Of a DNA stretch of 64,000 nt, positions 54,001 to 64,000 are shown one piece after another. Source of the stretch: Eledone cirrhosa (Eukaryota); NCBI GenBank assembly GCA_964016885.1, contig OZ024743.1, positions 291,214,001 to 291,278,000 on the forward strand, read 5' to 3'. The notes under the pieces are model-generated. The model saw only the letters and a program-made list of their open reading frames with translations, was not told where the DNA came from and ran no database searches. Position numbers and translations under genes: made by a program. Each line of letters starts with the position of its first letter. Position 1 is the stretch's first letter.

Positions 54001-56618
54001 CCACTTCAAAATTTTTTTTTGGGTGTTAGTAGGCGTCAGTCATCTTACCATCCCATTCCTTCTAACTAGCCTCTATGTCACGTGATTGATTCTTTAGAAT
54101 CGGACATTTGACTGGAAGCAGTGAGAATTTCAGTACATAGAATCCAGTCCTCGCCTAGCTGTTCTTTCTACCGAATTATTATTTTTATATGAGCCGCTAG
54201 TGTCCGCGCATTGCCTGGAGGCTCAGCTGAGAATAGACTCCCTGATGACGCAATGAATTCTCGACAGTTGGATTATGTAACTGTCTTTATCCCATTGCAG
54301 AAACTAATTAGTTGGAGTGAAAATTTAAGTAAGTAAGTAAAAAATCTTTTAAAAAATTTTTTTAAAAAATATTTTCTTATTTTACGTCTTTTATATTATT
54401 GTTCTGCACCCTCCTGCATTGAACCACCTAGGTACTATGACATAACCTGTGTATTTGCTGGCATGGACGTGCATCTGTGCGCCTATGTTAGTTGATATAT
54501 TAAATTATCTATATTTATCTCCAAATCACTGATTTGTCGAGCAAACCTGCCAAAACCACTTCAAAATTTTTTTTGGGGTGTTAGTAGGCGTCAGTCATCT
54601 TACCATCCCATTCCTTCTAACTAGCCTCTATGTCACGTGATTGATTCTTTAGAATCGGACATTTGACTGGAAGCAGTGAGAATTTCAGTACATAGAATCC
54701 AGTCCTCGCCTAGCTGTTCTTTCTACCGAATTATTATTTTTATATGAGCCGCTAGTGTCCGCGCATTGCCTGGAGGCTCAGCTGAGAATAGACTCCCTGA
54801 TGACGCAATGAATTCTCGACAGTTGGATTATGTAACTGTCTTTATCCCATTGCAGAAACTAATTAGTTGGAGTGAAAATTTAAGTAAGTAAGTAAACAAT
54901 TTTTTAAAAAAGTTTTTTAAAAAATATTTTCTTATTTTACGTCTTTTATATTATTGTTCTGCACCCTCCTGCATTGAACCACCTAGGTACTATGACATAA
55001 CCTGTGTATTTGCTGGCATGGACGTGCATCTGTGCGCCTATGTTAGTTGATATATTAAATTATCTATATTTATCTCCAAATCACTGATTTGTCGAGCAAA
55101 CCTGCCAAAACCACTTCAAAATTTTTTTGGGGGTGTTAGTAGGCGTCAGTCATCTTACCATCCCATTCCTTCTAACTAGCCTCTATGTCACGTGATTGAT
55201 TCTTTAGAATCGGACATTTGACTGGAAGCAGTGAGAATTTCAGTACATAGAATCCAGTCCTCGCCTAGCTGTTCTTTCTACCGAATTATTATTTTTATAT
55301 GAGCCGCTAGTGTCCGCGCATTTCCTGGAGGCTCAGCTGAGAATAGACTCCCTGATGACGCAATGAATTCTCGACAGTTGGATTATGTAACTGTCTTTAT
55401 CCCATTGCAGAAACTAATTAGTTGGAGTGAAAATTTAAGTAAGTAAGTAAAAAATTTTTTTAAAAATTTTTTAAAAAATTTTTTAAAAAAATATTTTCTT
55501 ATTTTACGTCTTTTATATTATTGTTCTGCACCCTCCTGCATTGAACCACCTAGGTACTATGACATAACCTGTGTATTTGCTGGCATGGACGTGCATCTGT
55601 GCGCCTATGTTAGTTGATATATTAAATTATCTATATTTATCTCCAAATCACTGATTTGTCGAGCAAACCTGCCAAAACCACTTCAAAATTTTTTTTGGGG
55701 TGTTAGTAGGCGTCAGTCATCTTACCATCCCATTCCTTCTAACTAGCCTCTATGTCACGTGATTGATTCTTTAGAATCGGACATTTGACTGGAAGCAGTG
55801 AGAATTTCAGTACATAGAATCCAGTCCTCGCCTAGCTGTTCTTTCTACCGAATTATTATTTTTATATGAGCCGCTAGTGTCCGCGCATTGCCTGGAGGCT
55901 CAGCTGAGAATAGACTCCCTGATGACGCAATGAATTCTCGACAGTTGGATTATGTAACTGTCTTTATCCCATTGCAGAAACTAATTAGTTGGAGTGAAAA
56001 TTTAAGTAAGTAAGTAAAAATTTTTTTTTAAAATTTTTTTAAAAAATATTTTCTTATTTTACGTCTTTTATATTATTGTTCTGCACCCTCCTGCATTGAA
56101 CCACCTAGGTACTATGACATAACCTGTGTATTTGCTGGCATGGACGTGCATCTGTGCGCCTATGTTAATTGATATATTAAATTATCTATATTTATCTCCA
56201 AATCACTGATTTGTCGAGCAAACCTGCCAAAACCACTTCAAAATTTTTTTTGGGGTGTTAGTAGGCGTCAGTCATCTTACCATCCCATTCCTTCTAACTA
56301 GCCTCTATGTCACGTGATTGATTCTTTAGAATCGGACATTTGACTGGAAGCAGTGAGAATTTCAGTACATAGAATCCAGTCCTCGCCTAGCTGTTCTTTC
56401 TACCGAATTATTATTTTTATATGAGCCGCTAGTGTCCGCGCATTGCCTGGAGGCTCAGCTGAGAATAGACTCCCTGATGACGCAATGAATTCTCGACAGT
56501 TGGATTATGTAACTGTCTTTATCCCATTGCAGAAACTAATTAGTTGGAGTGAAAATTTAAGTAAGTAAGTAAAAAATTTTTTAAAAAATTTTTTTAAAAA
56601 ATATTTTCTTATTTTACG

Positions 56619-56626
<8 letters not shown>
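51020..56626. mobile_element. F2 ~555-bp HHR tandem array (retrozyme-like): ~2.5 units on - then ~7.6 units on +; 11 hammerheads
   Basis: unit starts 51020/51575/52130; inversion ~52408; HHRs on - at 51213-51294, 51768-51849, 52319-52400; CTGATGA on + at 52565, 53120, 53687, 54242, 54797, 55352, 55919, 56474. Confidence 0.95.
52560..52641 (+). ncRNA. type I hammerhead F2, representative array copy (GUU site after 52636)
   Basis: ACTCC-CTGATGA-C-GCAATG-AATTCTC-GACAGTT(GGATTATGT)AACTGTC-TTTATCC-CATTGC-A-GAAA-CTAATTAG-TT-GGAGT. Confidence 0.87.
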
Positions 56627-56655
<29 letters not shown>

Positions 56656-56658
<3 letters not shown>

Positions 56659-56897
56659 TGAGGATGAAGAACTCAGAGGTGTATGGGAGCATCCCAAAAG
56701 TTAGCTCGAAAGTGACACAGAGGAGACTGAAGTTAGCTGGACATACTCAGCGACATCCAGAGATGACACTACACTCAGTGCTCCTGTGGGACCAGCTGCA
56801 TGGACATACTGGAAGAGGAAGACCGAGGTTAACATATATTGATGCCCTAAGGACAGACACTGGTCTCTTGGAGCCGCAGGACATGGCAGTAGTAATC
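56656..56897 (+). mobile_element. RTE-like LINE 3' fragment
   Basis: NSEVYGSIPKVSSKVTQRRLKLAGHTQRHPE..LLW..HGHTGRGRPRLTYIDAL; inverted homolog of 31152-31452. Confidence 0.78.
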
Positions 56898-57035
56898 TAT
56901 TTTGTAGTTTATACTCCAAGATTGAACGGAAATCTTATAAACTTGTGGAGTTACTCCTAACCGTACGTTGAAAGCATCCATGAAACTGGCTCGCTTAACC
57001 ACGAACTGGATCACAATAAGCAATTTTCTGCTTCC

Positions 57036-57122
<87 letters not shown>

Positions 57123-57125
<3 letters not shown>

Positions 57126-58255
57126 TTATCTATAAAAAGCACATTGTTTGTGGTTGTGTGCATGTTCCATGTTTATACATTTGCACAATTTTAAACTGAT
57201 TCGACTCAACGTCATGAAGAATGTTGGAAATGGTCTAACCTTGGTCAACGACTATTTATTTCATTCACACTCACCCACAATTACGGAAATAATCGATAAA
57301 ACTAAATACATGACGCTTTACCACTCTAATGCAATCAGATAGCCTCTCTCTACTCCCCTTAAACTTTAAGAGAGAGAGTGAGAGGGAGAGAGAGAGAACG
57401 TTTGTTTTTGAGTGTGGAACGGTCAAATGTGTCTTTACTTCGATGACAAAGAGAACGTATTACATTTCATACGAAACAACAATTATTCAAAAGCAACAGA
57501 TAAATGTATTCAACAACAAAAAAAATAGCGATACATATTGTTTAAAACATCTATCAACGAACGTCGAAGAAAGAAGTATCAGTTCATTTACTATACACAA
57601 TAATATCCTCTATGAGCTCACTAAACCTGCTAGAAACAGCAGCTAACTCTCCCCCATATCACACCACACCCTACTGTCTTAAATTTAGAAAACATATCCT
57701 CTATGAGGTCAATAAACCTGCTAGAAACAGCAGCTAACTCTCCCCCATATTCAAAAGCAACAGATAAATTTATTCAACAACAAATAAAATAGCGATAAAT
57801 CTTTTTTAAACATCTATCAACGAACATGGAAGAAAGAAGTATCAGTTCATTTACTATACACAATAATATCCTCTATGTGGTCGCTAAACCTGCTAGAAAC
57901 AGCAGCTAACTCTCCCCCATATCACACCCCTCCCTACTGACTTAAATTTAGAAAACACACATTAGACAACCAAGCTGAACAACTCCATTGCAGCTCTGTT
58001 GTTCGGCTGGCATCGTCTACGCGCGTGTTGCGCAAGTACTGTGAAACAATAAATTTCAACACTTCTCTGCACAGAGATAATATCCATAGGCGAAACTACA
58101 ATTGTCACTGCTGGCACAGCTCCTGCTTCGGCAGTCCAGGTCTGCAATGCATTCACCCAGTGCCTGACAGACAAAAAAGTGCTGCCATAAAATGGGTGTG
58201 GCAACCTAACTTTGGTAACTTACTGACCCCGAGCAACGCCGGGCTTTAATGCTAG
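57123..58255 (+). mobile_element. non-autonomous Helitron
   Basis: A|TCATTATCTATAAAA 5' end; 3' hairpin CCCG-AGCAACGC-CGGG, then CTAG|T; inserted in (TA)n; internal ~210-bp duplication (57486-57693, 57750-57956). Confidence 0.82.
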
Positions 58256-58292
<37 letters not shown>

Positions 58293-59130
58293 ACTTGTGT
58301 GTGTGTATATATATATGTACAAACTATTCTTTTAAAACTATACCTCCCAGTCGTGCAGATTCAAACGTTATTTGATTATAAAAGAATAGTCTTTATATTG
58401 TAATTTATCCTTTTAATTCTTGAGTATTTCCCATTCTGATCGTAGATTGTATAATGTTAACTCCCGTGGTATTACGTTCCCTATAATTGTATACACGCCT
58501 CTTTATGTACATCTCTCTATATTCTGTCTTATATATACAGTTATGTAAACTAGAACATAACACCGAAGTTCTCTAATAATTGAATAGTTATTTGTGCTTT
58601 ACTTTGAAAGAGACATTAGAACCAAAGACATGTTCTTTTGCAGCAGATGCCAATGTTTTAATGCATAAATTCAAATTGTATGCTTCTTTTCTTTTCAGTA
58701 CAAGATTAGACTATCACAGCAAGCTTATATCCTCACAACATTTAGTGCCCCCGCCACACACACACCGAGAGTTAATAAACTATTTGAAATATCCCAAAAT
58801 ATACATTGGAAATACAATGCAAATTATTAAACATATTTGATCATTGATAGAAAGAACAACACATACAAAATTCACATATTATACTGTTGTCTATCCAACG
58901 TTTCAAATGCCAAAGTGTATATAAGCTAGAGCTTATTATTTTGTACGTACCTAGGAAATAAATGTCATCGATAACGGATATATTCCAGAAACATATATCA
59001 GAGGACCTCACACTGTTATGGACACAGCTGTGACATGAGAGAATTGTTTAATTAATATTCATAATTATATCGTATATCCCTAGATTTCACATAAAGTTCT
59101 ATTATGGACTAGGATACATTAGTGTAACTG

Positions 59131-59191
<61 letters not shown>

Positions 59192-61074
59192 GTGTGTGTG
59201 TGTGTATGTATTATATATGGGGGGGGTATGCATACGTATATGGAATGTCAACAAAGAAAAGTAGCAAGAGAAATCGATATAATGCACTGATGATGTATTA
59301 ATTCACTATTGGATACTGTAGGAAAAATCTTCGGACAACGAAACAAGGGATAGCATATGGGTTTAATAAACGAGAGTATGTATCAAAAGATAATTGCCTC
59401 AATGTGTAGTTTTGTTAATAGTTAGCTCCCTTTACATTATCCATAAGATTTGTTTATTTATTCAATTCAAGGTTACCCGACCTTGAAGATCGGTGTGTGT
59501 TTTTTTTTTAAACACTTAAAAATAATCTGTGGATGTAGCAAATTTTATGTTATATAACAGGCTGTATGAGTTGGGCTGTATAACCCAACGAAACTTAAGT
59601 ACCTCTATATGTCACTGTTGTAACTAATTTCATATATATATATATATATATACAAAGTGAGAGAGAAATACTTTGCAATAAAAATGGTGTAAGGGAGCAC
59701 AATATTGGGATTTTAGAGCCCGAGCCTCAGTCTGTGTGTTTTTGTTGTGTCTAAACAGATTAAATGTAAATCCGAGAGTAGTCATTAAATAAAGAAATGA
59801 ACACGTTCCTGTATATTTTCTCATAAACGCGTCTGTACAAAATACGAGAGCTGAACAGAATATTTGATACAGATTCCACTTTATTTGCCTGGGTGTTTGA
59901 ATGTCCGAGGTGAGTTATAATGGATGGAATTGAAATCAGCGAAACATTGTTATGTCTTTTTGATTTGCAATATATTAACTAAGATATCCCACGGTAAGAT
60001 TTAATTTCTCTATCAGTATTATGCGTTATGCATATATATTTCGCAGTATCCTACGATCTGCTATACAATTTAGGTATATTTAATCAAAGGAACCTGCGAC
60101 GAACTAAATATGCTGTCATAGGTTTTCATATTTCTGTTAATTAGGGCCCTGGACGATCTAAGACTAAGACAAATACATAAATATCATGAATGTGATAAAT
60201 TTGTCTTTGCTGGGTTAATGAAACGAAAGCTTTTCAAATAAAATTCTCCTGCACCCTACCCAACCATTTCTTGAGTTCTGAGTTCTCCCGGAAATATTCG
60301 ATACTATATGATCTTGGATGGTCTCACCTTCTACATACCTTTCTCCGGTGACCATGACATTGCATTTCTTACATGGCACGTGGGCGCAAGTTAAGTGACA
60401 CCGATGAATACTAACGCCATGACTTTGGATTAGATACCTTGCTGCTGTTATTAATGTTTAAATTTCGATCAGTTTTCATAGATCAAACACTTAATCAAAT
60501 ATCATCTAACATTGATCTTCTCCGTTTGTTCCGTAGGTGGAATTTTATATTGTCTAACATGAACAGTTCATGACAGAAGGCGTGGGTTTTAGGTGGTGAT
60601 GTAACTCATATTACGAGAGAAGGTTTTAGATGAATATGAGTATTTTAAAAAAAGAATGGCTTCATATCCTACTATTAAGAGTGGCATCCGGCGATGTGAC
60701 ATCAAAGGGTTATAGTCCTTCTACACCCAGCAACAGCAATAACACCAGCAACGACTGTGTACGTGATTGTTCGCACTGCTTGAAATAGTTGCCAAATCTC
60801 TCTCATATTACATCCTCTCTTCTTAAATAATAAAAGATCGCTTTTGATATTGTAGCCGTACATACTTGTAAAATCACGAAATCGTTCCAGCTGACGTAAT
60901 GAATTTGATCAATACATCGGCTCATGCGAAACTGACCTAGAGTTAAACAACGAAAGAACATAGTAACATCCTTACATCTACAATGATATAGAATATTGCC
61001 TTTTTACATTAATACACATAATTTATTTGCAGGTAAGCTATAGGAGTAATTGGAACAGGCTCCATTAAAGGATT

Positions 61075-61140
61075 ACGAATTTTATTGACTCCGGAAGGAT
61101 GAAAAGAAAATCGACCATGACCAGTTTTAGCTCAGTATAA
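61075..61140 (-). mobile_element. degraded SINE fragment
   Basis: ttttattgactccggaaggatgaaaagaaaatcgacc resembles the SINE body. Confidence 0.5.
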
Positions 61141-61508
61141 AACGGGAGGTAACTACTTCTCCATGGAAATATTCATATAGGATAAATACGTTTAATATAT
61201 TACATAAATAGAGAATTATGGTGTAAAGGATGAAGAGGTCAATGGGAAAGATGTAATATTAGCTGCAATAAATCTCATCAAACTCCAAACTCAACTTAAT
61301 CACTGACTGCCGACAACAAAGCATATATATGTTTTACATTTTACATACGTAAGTCTGCACTCACACACTCTTATATGTGAGTGGGTGTAGGGGTTTGGAT
61401 GTGTGGATGTGTGTACGTGCGCGTGCGTCCTTGTCTATCGATGAATCATTTTGCCTATGCGAATGGTTTGAATGGTAATGTAACTTGGAAAATAATCCTT
61501 CATCTTAC

Positions 61509-62150
61509 GTAGGTATTAGTTTGATAAGATGGCATTGTCTTAAATCGTTTAGTAGTTATGATTTGGGAGACTTCGGTTGAAGTAGTAGCTTTCGTTGAGT
61601 TATTTGTTGTGTTGGTGGCGGTGACGGTGGTGCTAGCGTTTGCATAACTTTTAATGATTGTAGATTATGCTCTGAACACTTGTGTGGATTGCAGTTGTAT
61701 TGATGTTTGACATGTATTGGCTGGTGGTTATTGTTATAGAAGTTTCATTAATTCTATTGTTGTTGCTGGTGGTGTTTGTAATGCAGGTGGTTACAACTAT
61801 AGCTTCTGTTGTATCAAAGCTGGAAAATGAAATATTTTAACGACGTGTTTCAGGGAATTGCTGGTAGAACGGCTCATGAAAAGTATGCTATTGTGGAAAT
61901 ATTGTTTGTAACGTTGTGTTTTTCCTGGTTTTACATAATTGTCAACCATGAGTATATGTCAGTACATCCTATTAAATGTGAGTTATTTTGGTAAACGTGG
62001 AGGTAGAACCTAGATAATATCATTGAAAGTGGATATCATAGTTGAAATTGGGGTTTCATTTCTTGGTAGTGGTTTTAAAGCTGTTGGTAAAACAGCTGAT
62101 CTAGATGCAATTATTGTAGTGTTATTGGTTCTGATGATGGGAATCGAGAA
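61509..62150 (-). pseudogene. possible decayed Thr/Ser/Asn-rich (mucin-like) exon
   Basis: manual translation: DTTEAIVVTTCITNTTSNNNRINETSITITTS.. / ..YANASTTVTATNTTNNSTKATTSTEVSQIITT..TNTY followed by GTAAG; a frameshift and stops are present. Confidence 0.35.
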
Positions 62151-63351
62151 GTAGTCATATATGTTGTATTAATATTCATGCACACATTTCATGTTTTGAC
62201 AATGTTTGCAATACAACGAGGATTAAAGTTGCATCGACTTAGTCAGTTAATTTACGATGAATATGTTTGTGATAAAAATATGATCATTTCTGCTGTTGAA
62301 CATGAAGGTAATTATGATGATATATATGATAATTTTGATGAGGAATATGAAACTACTTACGATAATAATGAGGATCCAAGGAAAATAACGTTATTGTTGA
62401 TGATGATAATGACGATAGCGTATGATTTGCATTGGTTGGTTTCATAATGTTTCTGGTGTTCCTGTTTCCCAGACGGAATGGGTTCATACAATCAAACTGA
62501 ATACTACTAGAGGAAATGATGATGGAATTATTCTAAAGAAGTTCAATCTAATGAGCTATGTAATGTTTTTAACACACATGTCATATCCGTTATGTCAAAG
62601 CTGTTATTACAAGTGCCGAGAATAAACATCAAGGCAGTAACTCTATATCGATGATATACAATTCTAAGCACGGCGACAACATATCTTCCAAACTAAAATA
62701 TTTGTAGTTATCATTGTGGTGTTTGAACTGATCTGATAGGCCAGATATACGTTCGGTAAGCATTGGTGTTTACATCAGCCAGACGTGAAAGTAGTGAGAA
62801 CAGATGAAGCGTATAGATATCCGGAAACCAACATATGGAAACGTTTCATGAAACTATAATGCAAACAAATTCCTAATGAATATTCGCCACATTAGAATGA
62901 GGCTAACAAGGAAACAAAACTAGAAATTGGAAGCAATAAATAACATAGCAATCAAAGAAGCAAGATATGATTATAATGTGGTAAACTCGTAGGCTTTACG
63001 AATGCAATTGATGAATATTTTATCCGAAATATATATTATTTTAAGGTTAAAACGTATGGTAATACCACCACTGTATGCGGCCGGTATAATGAGATTCCCA
63101 GTACTGTACATGTAATGGTATAATAAAAGAAAATAACAAGATAATTTTGTTAACTATATTCATTGTGAGATATGCAAAAGCTATGTATCCAGCTAAAGAA
63201 GAATGATAAAAACACCTTATAGAATCTGTGGAAGATAAGTAAAACATTTAATTTTCTGTGATATGTAAGTACAAAATGCAAAGGAGATGAAAGGCAACGG
63301 AACGGATATTATTATGTGAAAATATATTATGTGAGAAGAGTATGTGAATAG

Positions 63352-63490
63352 GCGGTGGATTGGGAGTATCTGTAGAAAGTTGAACACCATGCTTTGCAGC
63401 ATAGAGTTACGTCCCTTTACGGTCTGCTTTGAAATCCCGCCGAGGTTAACTTTGCTTTTCATCCTCACGTGGTCGATAAAATAAAGCACT
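63352..63490 (+). mobile_element. tRNA-derived SINE, 3'-truncated
   Basis: ggcggtggattggg...aaatcccgccgaggttaactttgcttttcatcct...gtcgataaaataaag. Confidence 0.8.
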
Positions 63491-64000
63491 TTGGTGCCTA
63501 ATGCGCAACAGCAATAACATATTGGGAAACATATTTGAAATGTCTGCTAATAGAAAGACGTAGATTTTGAAATAGCATGAATGTGGAATACAGTGGCAAG
63601 AATATTCGCAGATACTGAAGGAAGACTAGGAGCTCTGGAAGCAATATTAAAGTATTTTTTTAAATGTTGGGACACATTCCTTGAGTCAAAACACGAAAAA
63701 TACGTTGCGGATATGTATATATACATCAGTAAATTATATACCTGCATCAAAAGTATATTAACAATCTACTCCATTCCTGAGTTGCAGATATATTTCAGTG
63801 GAGAGGTGTACAAGCACCATTATCAGGAGAACCATAATGATACACCCCATGATATAAGAATGTCTTACAAAACATCTCTTGGAAGGTGAGTGTGTAAATG
63901 CGCCGTTCCAAACATTTTCTGAAAAAATATCCTGTACACATATGAAAATGACAATGCAAATGTACTATGGGGCTTCGGCTAGTTGCAGATATTAATAAAT

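Noticed and set aside
51020-56626. CRISPR-like array or coding tandem repeat
   Set aside because: Units are identical throughout with no unique spacers, no ORFs of 60 aa or more, and the context is eukaryotic

Overview
Eukaryotic, AT-rich, microsatellite-dense animal DNA, probably cephalopod/octopus (inferred from the tRNA-derived SINE and the (TA)n/(CA)n landscape). No intact host gene is evident. The window is dominated by Penelope-like retroelements (PLEs): a decayed Neptune-type element (1-3170), two Naiad-type families (one ORF intact except for a single TAG), and non-coding repeats nested in (TA)n tracts. Main result of reading by eye: about 28 full-length type I hammerhead ribozyme (HHR) motifs from six unrelated repeat families. 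All have a tiny, self-complementary stem III. Four families have a mismatch at the base of stem II, and three have greatly enlarged or branched stem II domains (~53-116 nt). They sit in Naiad pseudo-LTRs and in non-coding tandem arrays (~285, ~450, ~555, ~1003 bp units) resembling non-LTR retrozymes. Almost every insertion is a head-to-head inverted structure with both 3' ends joined to (TA)n. Also present: a non-autonomous Helitron, SINEs and RTE-like LINE fragments. Folds were derived by hand; no ribozyme activity is demonstrated.
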